Assembly (NCBI GenBank): GCA_023266695.1
Contig: JAHFPO010000002.1
Location: forward strand, 1-40,496
Direction: 5' to 3'
Source: Hyphomicrobiales bacterium
Lineage (GTDB): Bacteria; Pseudomonadota; Alphaproteobacteria; Rhizobiales; Xanthobacteraceae
DNA: 40,496 nt
The position numbers and the translations under genes were made by a program. Numbering within the stretch: position 1 is the first letter of the stretch; every line of letters begins with the position of its first letter. This document shows positions 1 to 10,209 of the stretch, one piece after another. The notes below the pieces were generated by a model. That model was not told where the DNA came from. It ran no database searches and saw nothing but the letters and a program-made list of their open reading frames with translations.

Positions 1-630
1 GGCGGCGGCAGCGGCAGCCTCGGCTTCGGCTTTCTGCTTGGCGAGCAATTGTTCTTCGATGTAGCCCGACGAGGACACGATCGTCGCCACCGTGAAATCG
101 CGGTCGCGGATCACCGGGCGTACGTTCTCGGGCAAGGCAACCTTCGAGATGTGAAGTGAATTACCGATCTCGAGACCGGTCAGGTCCGCTGTGATCGATT
201 CCGGAATGGCTTCGGCCGGGCAATAGAACTCGATGGTGTGGCGGACGATGTTGAGCGTCCCCCCGCGCTTGATGCCCGGCGCGGCGTCGTGGTTGATGAA
301 TTTGACCGGCACATGGACGCGCACCGTCGCTCCGACGCCGAGACGCTGGAAGTCGACATGGATCGGCCGGTCGCGCACCGGATCGAGCTGGAAGCCGCGC
401 GGAATGACGCGGTGCTTCTCGCCGTCGACGTCGAGATCGTAGACGGTGGTGAGGAAATGGCCGGCATAGATCCGGTGGGTGAGATCGGCGGCGTCGACCG
501 AGATCGAAACCGGCGGCTTCTTCTCGCCATAGATCACACCGGGTACGCGGCCGGAGCGGCGGGTTGCGCGGGCGGCCCCCTTGCCGGCCTTCGAACGCGC
601 GGTCGCCTTCATCTCCTTGGTGACGGTCAT
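1..630 (-). CDS. rplY: 50S ribosomal protein L25 / general stress protein Ctc (3' end runs off the window)
   Basis: Absent from the ORF track because there is no stop inside the window. Reverse complement from ATG (630-628) reads MTVTKEMKATARSKAGKGAARATRRSGRVPGVIYGEKKPPVSISVDAADL..., an L25/Ctc N-terminus. The frame stays open to position 1. Confidence 0.85.
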   Translation of the reverse strand, partial: MTVTKEMKATARSKAGKGAARATRRSGRVPGVIYGEKKPPVSISVDAADLTHRIYAGHFLTTVYDLDVDGEKHRVIPRGFQLDPVRDRPIHVDFQRLGVGATVRVHVPVKFINHDAAPGIKRGGTLNIVRHTIEFYCPAEAIPESITADLTGLEIGNSLHISKVALPENVRPVIRDRDFTVATIVSSSGYIEEQLLAKQKAEAEAAAAAA

Positions 631-745
631 GGTCGAAATCCTCTGAATGACCGCGGCGCGCCTCCAGGGGTGCGGAAGGCCGCGGGCGCGTTTCTATAGC
701 GGCTCAAGCTTTTCGAGGCAATGATCCGGGGGGCGTCGCCCGCGG

Positions 746-1588
746 CTATTTCGCCGGTTTCCGGCTCGCCGGCCTGCCTTTGACCCGCCTCCGCTTTGCC
801 GGTTTGCCCCGCCTGGCCCTGAGGGCTGCGAGCTCGGCGCGGAGCTTCGCAATCGCCTTCTCATGGGGGCGAACCGAGGCGGCGTGCACGAACTGGTCGC
901 CGATCCCGGGTGGAAAGACGAAGTGCCGCTCCAGCTCGCGGTGCTCGTCGGCGAGGAAAAAGGCATTCAGCCCGTCCCGATAGACCAGGCGATAGCCGAG
1001 GGGGGCGAGGAATTGCGCATATTGATCGGCGCGGTCGGGGACCTCGAAGAAACGGTCGATCATGTGGATGGTGACGGGCATCCGGGATTCGGCGACGATG
1101 ATCTTCGGCCGGTGACGGTCGAGGCCGGCGCCACGCAGGACCGCGAGCTCGGCGCCTTCGACGTCGATCTTCAGAAAATCGATCGGACGTCCGCGGACAT
1201 GCTCATCGAGCACGGCGGCGAGCCGCCGCAAGGGAACCCGACGCTCCTCGACGCGCAGGCCGTCCTTGCGGTGTTGCGCGGCGATCTCCGGATCGGTGGT
1301 CGAATAGCCGTGCCATTGGAAAATCTCATAGAAGGTGATCGTTCCCTCGTGCTCGCCGACCGCGATCTCCAAATTCACGTCGCGCAGCCGGCGTTTACGC
1401 AGGCGCACGGAATTAGCCGCCAAGGGCTCGATATTGATGCCACTCCAACCGCGTTCGTAGAAAACCCGGCTTACGCTGTCGATATCGGGATCGTTGGCGC
1501 CGACGTCCACGTAGAATCCCCGCGGTCCCGGAAAGCAGCGGGCGAGCATCACGTCCTCGAAATTCTGGGCGTAGCTGGTGATGGCCAT
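746..1588 (-). CDS. FkbM-family SAM-dependent methyltransferase
   Basis: ORF 746..1639. Start moved to ATG 1588 (MAITSYAQNFEDVML, GGGAGAG SD upstream) because the longer form overlaps the prs stop. Motifs YVDVGANDP and FLKIDVEGAELAVLRG fit the FkbM family. Confidence 0.8.
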   Translation of the reverse strand: MAITSYAQNFEDVMLARCFPGPRGFYVDVGANDPDIDSVSRVFYERGWSGINIEPLAANSVRLRKRRLRDVNLEIAVGEHEGTITFYEIFQWHGYSTTDPEIAAQHRKDGLRVEERRVPLRRLAAVLDEHVRGRPIDFLKIDVEGAELAVLRGAGLDRHRPKIIVAESRMPVTIHMIDRFFEVPDRADQYAQFLAPLGYRLVYRDGLNAFFLADEHRELERHFVFPPGIGDQFVHAASVRPHEKAIAKLRAELAALRARRGKPAKRRRVKGRPASRKPAK

Positions 1589-1635
1589 GGCTCTCCCGGT
1601 GCGACCGTTCGCGGGGCAAGGCCGATTGGAAGGCT

Positions 1636-2589
1636 TCAATCGAATAGGCTCGAAACGCTTTCCTCCGAGGCGGTGCGTCCGATCGCCTCGCCCATCAGAG
1701 TCGCGATCGACAGGACTCGCATGTTGCGCGCGACCTTGACCGCCTCGGTCGGCTGGATCGAGTCGGTGGTCACCAGTTCCTTGAGCTTGGAGGCGGTGAT
1801 GCGGGCGACCGCGCCGCCGGACAAGACGCCGTGGGTGATATAGGCATAGACGTCCTTGGCGCCCTTTTCCAACAGCGCGTCGGCGGCATTCACCAGCGTG
1901 CCGCCGGAGTCGATGATGTCGTCGACCAGGAGACAGGTCTGGCCCGCAACCTCGCCGATCACGTTCATCACCTCGGATTCGTTCGGCCGCTCGCGGCGCT
2001 TGTCGATGATGGCAAGCGGAGCGTCGATGCGCTTGGCAAGCCCGCGCGCGCGCACCACGCCGCCCACGTCGGGCGACACCACGGTGATGGTCTTGAGATC
2101 GAAGCGCTCCCTGATGTCGCGTACCATCACCGGCGAGGCGTAGAGATTGTCGGTCGGAATGTCGAAGAAGCCTTGAATCTGCCCGGCGTGGAGGTCGAGG
2201 GTGAGCACCCGATCAGCGCCGGCATGGGTGATGAGATTGGCGACGAGCTTGGCCGAGATCGGGGTGCGCGGACCGACCTTGCGGTCCTGCCGGGCATAGC
2301 CGAAATAGGGGATCACCGCCGTGATGCGTCGTGCCGAGGCGCGCCGGAGCGCATCGATGATGATCAGGAGTTCCATCAGGTGGTCATTGGCCGGGAACGA
2401 GGTCGACTGGACCACGAAAACGTCGCGGCCGCGGACGTTTTCCTCGATCTCGACGAAGACCTCCATATCGGCGAAACGCCGCACGACGGCCTTGGTGAGC
2501 GGAGTCGCGAGATAGGCGCCGATCGCTTCGGCGAGGGCACGGTTCGAATTGCCGGCGACGATCTTGATGTCACCATTGCGGGCCGGCAT
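1636..2589 (-). CDS. prs: ribose-phosphate pyrophosphokinase (PRPP synthetase)
   Basis: ORF 1636..2640. Start taken at ATG 2589 ([23 protein letters not shown]) behind a GAGGGGGA SD. Signatures [14 protein letters not shown] and [13 protein letters not shown] are present. Confidence 0.95.
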   Translation of the reverse strand: MPARNGDIKIVAGNSNRALAEAIGAYLATPLTKAVVRRFADMEVFVEIEENVRGRDVFVVQSTSFPANDHLMELLIIIDALRRASARRITAVIPYFGYARQDRKVGPRTPISAKLVANLITHAGADRVLTLDLHAGQIQGFFDIPTDNLYASPVMVRDIRERFDLKTITVVSPDVGGVVRARGLAKRIDAPLAIIDKRRERPNESEVMNVIGEVAGQTCLLVDDIIDSGGTLVNAADALLEKGAKDVYAYITHGVLSGGAVARITASKLKELVTTDSIQPTEAVKVARNMRVLSIATLMGEAIGRTASEESVSSLFD

Positions 2590-2721
2590 TTCCGTATTCC
2601 CCCTCAGCGACCGCGTGATCGGCCGCTGCCGGTCAGTCACTAGCGGTGCCGCCCGGCGCTGTAAATATGCTTGCCGCCTCGTCCCTCGGCTTTATTCGAT
2701 CGTCCATGGCGGCAGCCGGTT

Positions 2722-3282
2722 TCATCGGCGCGGATCGGCATAGGCGGCCGTCCGCGGCGTCCCCGCCACCACCACTTCTGGGCCGCCGTGCGCGGGCTCG
2801 CTTCCCGGCGCCGGGGCGCCGGAAGGCTCGCTCTCCAGTCGGGCGATCAGGGCAGCGAAGCCGTTGGCGGCGACGCGCGCCAGCGTGACATCGTCGCACT
2901 GCGCCCAGAGGTCGCCGCGGGCGGGGCCGAGGCGCTCCTCGCCGGCAAGCCGGAAGGCGCGATTGTAGCGGGCGTCGAAGACATCCCAGACCCAGGAGAG
3001 GGTCGCCTGTTTCTTCTCCACATGGGTGGCGAGATAGGTGCGTACCCGGAATACGGCCGGGCCGGTATGGGAGACGACGGGCAGCCTGCGCGCCTCGGCC
3101 TCGGCCGCGAGCGTCCTGACCAGGCGGTCGAACACGGGCTTGGGGGGGCCGTCGATCGATTCAAAGGCGATCGACCGCGGGCCGGATGACGGGATCGAGC
3201 CGGTGAACAGCGGCTCGTGGGCGGCGCAGCCGGCGAGCCCGAGCGCCGCCAGCACACCGGCAGCGAGATATTCCATACGCAT
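2722..3282 (-). CDS. conserved hypothetical lipoprotein
   Basis: Internal ATG 3282 of ORF 2722..3492 gives MRMEYLAAGVLAALGLAGC, a signal peptide plus LAGC lipobox. The upstream part of the ORF overlaps pgeF and is Pro/Ser/Arg-rich shadow. Confidence 0.6.
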   Translation of the reverse strand: MRMEYLAAGVLAALGLAGCAAHEPLFTGSIPSSGPRSIAFESIDGPPKPVFDRLVRTLAAEAEARRLPVVSHTGPAVFRVRTYLATHVEKKQATLSWVWDVFDARYNRAFRLAGEERLGPARGDLWAQCDDVTLARVAANGFAALIARLESEPSGAPAPGSEPAHGGPEVVVAGTPRTAAYADPRR

Positions 3283-3373
3283 GACGCACCCCCGGACGGC
3301 CGCCCCATTCTTGCAGGAGAGGTCGCCGCCCGCAGGGGATTTCGTAATCGGAATCCGCGGCGAGGTCCAGCCG

Positions 3374-4144
3374 TCACTCGGAAAGCGCGATCGCGGCGAT
3401 GAGGCGGCCGTAATCGGCCTCGCGGCGATGGGTGGCGCGGCGATAACTGAAGAAGCGCGCCTCGTCGGCATAGGTGTCGAGGCCGAGATCATCGACGGCC
3501 TCGACCCCGGCCGCCTTCAGTCTGAAAACGAGAAATCCGGGTAGATCGAACAAAGCGTGGCCTGCCCGGGCGGCGGGAAGGAAGAAGCGCTCGTTTCCCG
3601 GATCGACCTTGCGGAAGCTCTCGACGAATTCGGCGCCGACCTCGTAGCTCGGCTGGCGGATGAGCGGGCCGATGGCGGCGGCGATGCGCGTGCGTTTCGC
3701 GCCCTGCCGTTCCATGGCAGCGACCGCCGCCTCGATCACGCCGCCGAGCGCGCCCTTCCAGCCGGCATGGACGGCGCCGACCACTGCGGCCTGGTCATCG
3801 GCCAAGAGCACCGGCCCACAATCGGCGACGGTGACGCCGATGGCGAGCCCCGGCGTCTTGCTGACGATCGCGTCGGCGCGCGGCGCCTCGGCGCGCGTCC
3901 AGGGCTGCTCCGCGACCACCGCCGCCGCCGAATGAATCTGATAAGCGGTGACGATTGCGCCGCCGGGCACTTGCAGCGCCGCGGTCATGCGGCGGCGGTT
4001 CTCGGCGACATGGGCCGGATCGTCGTTCGAGCCCTGGCCGCCATTGAGGCTCGCATAGACGCCTTTCGAGACGCCGCCCGCGCGGGTGAAGAAAGCGTGG
4101 CGCACGCGCTTGAGCGCGGCCAATCGGGGCGAGCGGATCAACAT
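3374..4144 (-). CDS. pgeF: peptidoglycan editing factor PgeF / YfiH-family (laccase-domain) protein
   Basis: 256 aa. N-terminus HAFFTRAGGVSKGVYASLN, plus ADCGPVLL and AVHAGWKG, are YfiH/DUF152 hallmarks. It sits next to lgt, as is common in alphaproteobacteria. Confidence 0.85.
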   Translation of the reverse strand: MLIRSPRLAALKRVRHAFFTRAGGVSKGVYASLNGGQGSNDDPAHVAENRRRMTAALQVPGGAIVTAYQIHSAAAVVAEQPWTRAEAPRADAIVSKTPGLAIGVTVADCGPVLLADDQAAVVGAVHAGWKGALGGVIEAAVAAMERQGAKRTRIAAAIGPLIRQPSYEVGAEFVESFRKVDPGNERFFLPAARAGHALFDLPGFLVFRLKAAGVEAVDDLGLDTYADEARFFSYRRATHRREADYGRLIAAIALSE

Positions 4145-4169
4145 CGAGACGAAGCTGGCCGCGGGTCAT

Positions 4170-5243
4170 TCAAGTGTCAAATCCGGGCGGCGCCGGCAGA
4201 TCGCGATCTGCGAAGGCAAACGCCTTGAACAATTCGCCCATGCCCGGCGCGGGTCCGATCAGACGCGCGATCGCTCCATCGATGGCGGCGCGGGTCTCTG
4301 CATCCTTGCCATGCTTCAATTTTTCCGCGCGCAGCTCGATCCCGAGCCGGCGCAGGAAGACTCCTTGCGCAACGGGTCCGTGCGAGCGCGCGCCTTGCTC
4401 CTCCGTAGTGGCGGCGAGCGCCTCGAAATCCACCTGCGCCGTCAGGTCCGCCTCGCCGGGGCTGGCGAGCGGATCAGCGAAGCGATGGGCGCGGACCGCC
4501 TGCAGCGTATCGCCGAATGCGCTTCGCGCATGGCCATAGTCGATGAGGAGGGCGACACCGCCATCGGTCGCGATCCGGCGCGCGAGATCGCGGACCGGCG
4601 CGAGCTCGCGGCGCTCCAGCATCGAACCGGCGGGCGCCGGGCGCAGGCGGGCGGGCAATTGCGCTTCGATCCCCGGCAGCGGCGTCGGATCGAGCCCGAA
4701 GGCGAGCCGGCCCTGTTGAAGTCCCACCCGGCGTTCGTGCCAGCCGTCTCCGGTCTTCACCCACTGATCGATCGGAAAGGCATCGACGAATTCATGGGCA
4801 AGCGCGATGAGCGGTCCTGCGGGGAGCGATTCCGTCCTCGTGTGCCAGTGGAGCGGCGCGCCGGTTTGTGCGAGCGCCGCGCGTTGGCGCCAGGCCAGCA
4901 CTGGGCTCGTCTCGACGAGATGCACCTCAAGCGCGGCGCGGAACGCGGGCGCGACCTTGGCCGCCCGCAGCACGTCGGCCATCAAGGTGCCGCGGCCGGG
5001 ACCGAGCTCGACGAGGCGCGCGGGGGCTGGTTCACCCATCGTGCGCCAGACCTCCGCGCACCATAGCCCGACGAGCTCGCCGAATATCTGGCTTACTTCC
5101 GGGGCGGTGACGAAATCGCCGGCGGCGCCGATGGGATCGCGGGTGGCGTAATAGTGCGCTGTACAGAGCGCCATGTAACGCGAGAGCGGGATCGGCCCCT
5201 CCGATTCGATCAGCTGGCGGATCACCTGCGCAAGCGCGGTCAT
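4170..5243 (-). CDS. class I SAM-dependent methyltransferase, NDUFAF7/MidA (DUF185) family
   Basis: 357 aa. [17 protein letters not shown] and [16 protein letters not shown] match the MidA/NDUFAF7 signature. There is a 4-nt overlap with the lgt stop. Confidence 0.8.
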   Translation of the reverse strand: MTALAQVIRQLIESEGPIPLSRYMALCTAHYYATRDPIGAAGDFVTAPEVSQIFGELVGLWCAEVWRTMGEPAPARLVELGPGRGTLMADVLRAAKVAPAFRAALEVHLVETSPVLAWRQRAALAQTGAPLHWHTRTESLPAGPLIALAHEFVDAFPIDQWVKTGDGWHERRVGLQQGRLAFGLDPTPLPGIEAQLPARLRPAPAGSMLERRELAPVRDLARRIATDGGVALLIDYGHARSAFGDTLQAVRAHRFADPLASPGEADLTAQVDFEALAATTEEQGARSHGPVAQGVFLRRLGIELRAEKLKHGKDAETRAAIDGAIARLIGPAPGMGELFKAFAFADRDLPAPPGFDT

Positions 5244-6064
5244 GCCTTCCCGGCAGGCGGGCGGCGCGAGGCATAGAGGATGGCGGCAGCGCCGACGAGG
5301 ATCATCGGCAGGGACAACAGCATGCCCATGGTGAGGCCGCCGGCGAGAAAGCCGATATGGGCGTCGGGCTCGCGGAAGAATTCGCCGGCGACGCGGGTGA
5401 GGCCATAGCCGGCGACGAACAGGCCGCCGATGAGGCCGGGCCGCGTGAGCGCGCCGCGCTTCAGCGCCAACAGCATCACCCCGAACAGAACGATGCCTTC
5501 AAGCCCGGCTTCGTAGAGCTGGCTGGGATGACGGGGCTGCGGCCCGGCATAGGGAAACACGAAGGCCCACGGCACGTCGGTCGGCCGGCCCCACAATTCG
5601 CCGTTCACGAAATTGGCGATGCGGCCGAGAAAAAGGCCGATCGGCGTGACGATCGCCGCAAGATCGAGCATCGAGAGCATGGCAATGCCGCGCGCGCGCG
5701 CGAACAGCAGCAGGCCGAGGATCGTTCCCAGAAATCCGCCGTGGAACGACATGCCGCCGCGCCACAGCACCAGGATCTCGACCGGGTGCGCGGCGAAATA
5801 GGCGGGTTGATAGAACAGCACATAGCCGATCCGGCCGCCCAACACGATGCCGAGCGCGGCCCACACGATCACGTCGTCGACGTCGATCGCTCGGATCGGC
5901 GAGAGGCCGCCCCAGGCCCGCGGATTGCCCGCGATCCGACGCGCCAGCAGCCAGGCGATCAGGATTCCCGCCACATAGGCGAGCGCATACCAGCGGATCG
6001 CGAACGGGCCGATCGAGAAGAGGATCGGATCGAAAGCGGGGAAGGGCAGGGCGAAGAGCGGCAT
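5240..6064 (-). CDS. lgt: prolipoprotein diacylglyceryl transferase
   Basis: ORF 5240..6160. Start taken at ATG 6064 ([34 protein letters not shown]). Motifs [20 protein letters not shown] and [16 protein letters not shown] are present. Confidence 0.9.
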   Translation of the reverse strand: MPLFALPFPAFDPILFSIGPFAIRWYALAYVAGILIAWLLARRIAGNPRAWGGLSPIRAIDVDDVIVWAALGIVLGGRIGYVLFYQPAYFAAHPVEILVLWRGGMSFHGGFLGTILGLLLFARARGIAMLSMLDLAAIVTPIGLFLGRIANFVNGELWGRPTDVPWAFVFPYAGPQPRHPSQLYEAGLEGIVLFGVMLLALKRGALTRPGLIGGLFVAGYGLTRVAGEFFREPDAHIGFLAGGLTMGMLLSLPMILVGAAAILYASRRPPAGKA

Positions 6065-6195
6065 CGCGGCGTGATGCCGTCCGCGCGGGCGGGAAGTCAA
6101 GTGCGCCGCCGCGCCGACGGGCATAGCGGCGGCCTTGCGCTCATCCGCCGCAAGCCCCATGTCTTGCGGGGCGGCTCGCTTGCCCGCATGCGGAG

Positions 6196-6492
6196 ATGCG
6201 CATGGCCCAGACCACCAACCGCTTCTTCGACGAAATCGCCCGCTTGCTGAACGACGCCGCCGGGGTCGCCGAGGGCGTTCGCCGTGAAATTCAGACCCTG
6301 GTGCAGGCCCAGGCCGAACGCATCCTGCGCGACATGGACGTGGTCACGCGCGAGGAGTTCGAGGCCGCCAAGGAAATGGCCGCCAAGGCCCGCGAGGAGA
6401 ACGAGCGCCTCGCCGCCCGACTCGCCGAGGTTGAGAAGAAGCTCGCAAACGACCCCGGAAAGGGCAGGAAAGGCGGCTCCGGAGTCGCCTGA
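6196..6492 (+). CDS. ubiK: UbiK/YqiC-family accessory factor (membrane fusogenic coiled-coil protein)
   Basis: 98 aa. [29 protein letters not shown]...[24 protein letters not shown] is the typical UbiK/BMFP pattern. The start could be ATG 6196 or 6202. Confidence 0.75.
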   Translation: MRMAQTTNRFFDEIARLLNDAAGVAEGVRREIQTLVQAQAERILRDMDVVTREEFEAAKEMAAKAREENERLAARLAEVEKKLANDPGKGRKGGSGVA

Positions 6493-6751
6493 CGCCCGCC
6501 AAACTCGCTTTCAACTCTGCAAGCTTGTGGACGCTGCGGAATAGCCATTGAAGCGCGGGCCGAATCCGATTCTCTTGGCAGCGCTCAGGTTTCGCCATAC
6601 GGGCGTCGAATCTGGCCGAAGTTGAGCGATGATTCGGTCACGCTGCTGCCATGTGGGCAGGGACGAATCATCGGTGGCGGTGAGGCGTGCGCCGCGCGCG
6701 ATGGGCTCCCGCCCCGCGCGCTCTCCACAACCCCGATCGCGAGGTCGCGGC

Positions 6752-7252
6752 ATGACCTTCACCGAATTGGATACCGAACAGCTGGCGAACCCGGTCGATC
6801 TGGTGGAGCGTCTCGCCTCGCTCAACGACTGGAGCTTCGAGCGCTCCGGGGACTACGAAATTTCGCTCTCGATCACCGGGCGCTGGACCGATTACCACAT
6901 CTCGTTCCAGTGGATGAACGAGATCGAGGCGCTACATCTCGCCTGTGCCTTCGACCTCAAGGTGCCGGAAGGCCGCCAGGCCGAGGTGCTGCGGCTGCTC
7001 GCCATCGTCAATGAGCAGCTCTGGGTCGGCCATTTCGACCTGTGGTCGGACGAGGGCATGGTGATGTATCGCAACGCGCTTCTGCTCGCCGGCGGGGCGA
7101 CGGCGAGCGGCCGGCAATGCGAGGCGCTGTTGAAAAGCGCGGTCGATGCCGCCGAGCGCTGCTTCCCCGCCTTCCAATACGTGATCTGGGCCGGCAAGTC
7201 GGCGCGCGAGGCGATGAGCGCGACCCTGTTCGAGACCGTCGGCGAGGCGTGA
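6752..7252 (+). CDS. YbjN-domain protein
   Basis: Internal ATG 6752 of ORF 6629..7252 (MTFTELDTEQLANPVDLVERLASLNDWSFERS...). The placement between ubiK and proC is conserved in this group. Confidence 0.7.
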   Translation: MTFTELDTEQLANPVDLVERLASLNDWSFERSGDYEISLSITGRWTDYHISFQWMNEIEALHLACAFDLKVPEGRQAEVLRLLAIVNEQLWVGHFDLWSDEGMVMYRNALLLAGGATASGRQCEALLKSAVDAAERCFPAFQYVIWAGKSAREAMSATLFETVGEA

Positions 7253-7255
7253 GCC

Positions 7256-8083
7256 ATGGGTGGGCTCGCGTCCCTCGATGGGACGGTGCTGCTGGTGGGC
7301 GCCGGCAAGATGGGCGGCGCGCTCATGGAAGGCTGGCTTGCGCGCGGGCTTCCGCCGGCACGCGTGGCGGTGAACGACCCCGCTCCGCCGCCCGAAGTCG
7401 CGGCACTCATCGCCAAGCACAAGATCGCCCACAATCCCGATCCGAAGAAAATTCCGCCGCCCGCCGCGATCGTGCTCGCGGTCAAGCCGCAGATCGCGGC
7501 CGAGGTGGTGCCCAAGCTCGCGCCGTTGGTGAAACCGAAGACGGTCGTGATCTCGATCATGGCCGGCAGGACCATCGCTTTTCTCGAACGGGCGCTCCCC
7601 GCCTTCGCCGCCGTCGTGCGCGCCATGCCCAATCTGCCCGCCTCGATCGGCCGCGGCATCACCGTCGCCGTGCCGAACAAGCGCGTGGACGGCATTGCGC
7701 GCGCGCTCGCCGACGATCTCCTCGCCGCCGTCGGTGCGGTCGAGTGGATCGATGACGAGCGTCTGCTCGATGCGGTGACGGCCTTGTCGGGCTCGGGGCC
7801 GGCCTATGTGTTTCTGCTCGCCGAGAGTCTGGCGAAGGCGGGCGCCGCTGCGGGATTGCCGGCGAATCTGGCGGCACGGCTGGCGCGATCGACAGTCGCC
7901 GGAGCGGGCGAGCTGATGCATCGCTCGGACCTCGATGCCGCGAAACTGCGCGAAAACGTCACTTCGAGCGGCGGCACGACAGCGGCCGCGCTCGAGGTGC
8001 TGATGGCCGCGGACGGGCTCGATCCGCTGTTGAAGAAAGCGATTGCCGCAGCCGTCCGCCGCTCACGCGAGCTGGCGGGTTGA
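7256..8083 (+). CDS. proC: pyrroline-5-carboxylate reductase
   Basis: 275 aa. It has an N-terminal Rossmann segment LLVGAGKMGGALMEGW, plus AVKPQ, MPNLPASIGRG, SGSGPAYVF and VTSSGGTT. Confidence 0.9.
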   Translation: MGGLASLDGTVLLVGAGKMGGALMEGWLARGLPPARVAVNDPAPPPEVAALIAKHKIAHNPDPKKIPPPAAIVLAVKPQIAAEVVPKLAPLVKPKTVVISIMAGRTIAFLERALPAFAAVVRAMPNLPASIGRGITVAVPNKRVDGIARALADDLLAAVGAVEWIDDERLLDAVTALSGSGPAYVFLLAESLAKAGAAAGLPANLAARLARSTVAGAGELMHRSDLDAAKLRENVTSSGGTTAAALEVLMAADGLDPLLKKAIAAAVRRSRELAG

Positions 8084-8154
8084 ATTCACCCGCCTTTTCC
8101 CGGCCACACAGTTCCCCTAGAGTCCGGTGACATCTCAGTTTCCGGGAGGTCGCC

Positions 8155-8820
8155 ATGGCCAGTGCATCGAAACGCGACAAGATCATCGAGGCATTCCTCA
8201 TGCTTCTCGCCGAGAAGCCGTTCGAGCAGATCGGCCTTGGCGCGGTCGCGGCCCGTGCCGGGGTTCCGCTCGCCGATCTGCGCGCAGAATTCGGCTCCAC
8301 CTTCGACATGCTCGCCGCCTTCATGCGCGAGACCGACCGCAAGGTGCTTGCCGGGGGCGACCCCGAGCTTGCCGAGTCTTCCGCGCGCGAACGCCTGTTC
8401 GACGTGCTGATGCGCCGGATCGAGACGCTGAAGCCGCAGCGCGAGGCGGTGCGCTCGCTCGCATGCTCGGCGCGCCGCGATCCCGCTTTTGCGTGGGGGC
8501 TGAATCGGCTCTCGCTCCGCTCGCAGCAGTGGATGCTCGCGGCCGCCGGAATCGATTCCGCCGGCCTTTCAGGCCGCGTGCGGGCGCAAGGGCTCGTGCT
8601 CGTCTTCGCGCGCACGTTGCGGGTCTGGCTCGACGATGACGATCCAGGCTTGGCGCGGACGATGGCGAAGCTCGACCGCGAGCTTGCCAGCGGAGAACGG
8701 TGCCTCAATCTCCTCGACGATCTCTGCCGGCTGGTGCCGCGCTGCGGCGGCCGGCGGCGGGCGCGTCGTCATGGCCGCGACGGTTCGGCCGCCGAGCCGG
8801 CGGAACCGATCCCGGCCTGA
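8155..8820 (+). CDS. TetR/AcrR-family transcriptional regulator
   Basis: 221 aa. The N-terminal HTH-like segment is KRDKIIEAFLMLLAEKPFEQIGLGAVAARAGVPLADLRAEF. The stop abuts the stop of the convergent kinase gene. Confidence 0.7.
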   Translation: MASASKRDKIIEAFLMLLAEKPFEQIGLGAVAARAGVPLADLRAEFGSTFDMLAAFMRETDRKVLAGGDPELAESSARERLFDVLMRRIETLKPQREAVRSLACSARRDPAFAWGLNRLSLRSQQWMLAAAGIDSAGLSGRVRAQGLVLVFARTLRVWLDDDDPGLARTMAKLDRELASGERCLNLLDDLCRLVPRCGGRRRARRHGRDGSAAEPAEPIPA

Positions 8821-10209
8821 TCACATCGGAATCATCACCGTCGCTCGCAAGCCCCCGAGCGGGCTGTCCGAAAGAACGATCTCGCCGCCGTGCACGCCGG
8901 CGATGTCGCGCGCGATCGAAAGCCCCAGTCCGCTGCCGCTTTCGTTCTGATTGCGCGCCTCGTCCAGGCGCAGGAACGGCCGAAACACTTCGTCGCGCTT
9001 TTCCTCCGGAATGCCGGGGCCATCGTCGTCGACCTGGACCATGAGCCAGCGCGCTTCGCGCGTGCCGCTGAGCGCGACGGTGGAGCCGAAGCGCATGGCA
9101 TTGGCGACGAGATTGGCGATGCAGCGCTTGAAGGCGTCGGGCCGCACCTGAACGATGGGCGGGCCGGCGAAACTCGCGCTCGCGCGTTTGCCGCGGCGCT
9201 CGACGTTGGCCGCGAACTCGTCGAGGATCTCGGCCACGTCCACGAGCGCCGGCTGCTCGCCGACTTCGCCGCGGGCGAAATCGAGATAGGCCTCGAGCAT
9301 GCGCTGCATCTCGTCCACGTCGCGGCGCAGCGCCTCGACCTCCGGATTGTCCTCCAGAAGCGCGAGCTCGAGCTTGAAACGCGTGAGCACGGTGCGCAAA
9401 TCATGCGAGACGCCGGCGAGCATGGTGGTGCGTTGCTCGATCTGGCGCTCGATGCGGCGTTTCATCTCGAGGAAGGAGAGCGCCGCCTGGCGCACCTCGC
9501 GTGCCCCGCGCGGATGGAAGTTCGCGATCTCGCGTCCCTTGCCGAAGGCTTCGGCCGCTTCCGCCAGCCGCACGATCGGTTTGATTTGATTGCGCAGGAA
9601 CAGGATGGCGACCGTGAGCAGCACCAGCGAGGTGCCGACCATCCAGACCAGGAAGATATGGGAATTGGAGGCGTAGGCCTGGCTGCGCCGTGCGAACACC
9701 CGCAACACCTCCTGATCGAGCTGGATGCGGATCTCCACCAGATTCGAATTGCCGACGGTGTCGATCCAGAACGGCCGGCCGATCTGGGCCCCGATCTCCC
9801 GCGATAGCGCCGAATCGAGCACCGAGAAGAAAGGCTTGGGCCCGGACGGCGGCAGCGGATCGGGCGGCAACAGCTCGATATTGAGATTGAGCTGCTCGGA
9901 TGCGATCTTGCGCAGGGTCGCGATGTCCTTGTCCTGCGGATATTTCTGATAAATCTCGATGAGCGCGGCGATGTCGTGGGTGACGGCGGCCGAAAGGCGT
10001 TGCGTCACCAGATTGTAATGCCGCTCCATGAAGACGAAGGCGACCACCGACTGCAGCAGCACCATCGGCGTCACGATGATGAGGAGCGAGCGCGCGTAGA
10101 GGCCCTTCGGCATCCGCGCGTTGAGCCAAATCCCGAGCCGGTTCCAGCGGGCGGCGATTCGTCCGAGCACGGAACGAACGCCCGCCAGACTTGCCTGGAG
10201 CGCGGTCAT
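8821..10209 (-). CDS. EnvZ-like sensor histidine kinase
   Basis: 462 aa. It has two hydrophobic segments, an H-box (GVSHDLRTVLTRF), an N box (NLVANAMRF), and G boxes (VDDDGPGIP, GSGLGLSIARD). It overlaps the response regulator stop by ATGA. Confidence 0.9.
   Translation of the reverse strand: MTALQASLAGVRSVLGRIAARWNRLGIWLNARMPKGLYARSLLIIVTPMVLLQSVVAFVFMERHYNLVTQRLSAAVTHDIAALIEIYQKYPQDKDIATLRKIASEQLNLNIELLPPDPLPPSGPKPFFSVLDSALSREIGAQIGRPFWIDTVGNSNLVEIRIQLDQEVLRVFARRSQAYASNSHIFLVWMVGTSLVLLTVAILFLRNQIKPIVRLAEAAEAFGKGREIANFHPRGAREVRQAALSFLEMKRRIERQIEQRTTMLAGVSHDLRTVLTRFKLELALLEDNPEVEALRRDVDEMQRMLEAYLDFARGEVGEQPALVDVAEILDEFAANVERRGKRASASFAGPPIVQVRPDAFKRCIANLVANAMRFGSTVALSGTREARWLMVQVDDDGPGIPEEKRDEVFRPFLRLDEARNQNESGSGLGLSIARDIAGVHGGEIVLSDSPLGGLRATVMIPM

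Noticed and set aside
863-1843. 326-aa plus-strand ORF, together with similar long ORFs at 5357-6250 (+), 6892-7921 (-), 11503-12327 (-), 15092-16459 (+), 20142-21416 (+), 31144-32208 (+), 33069-34205 (+) and 35065-36063 (-).
   Set aside because: Each lies antisense to, or out of frame with, a gene that has clear family motifs. The translations are Arg/Gly/Ala/Asp-rich with no motifs or SD. These are the shadow ORFs expected in ~65-70% GC DNA.
8818-8823. TetR-family and kinase genes converge with their stop codons abutting (TGATCA) and no terminator between them.
   Set aside because: This is a real arrangement but unremarkable in compact GC-rich genomes. The TetR C-terminus may also be shorter than the ORF suggests.
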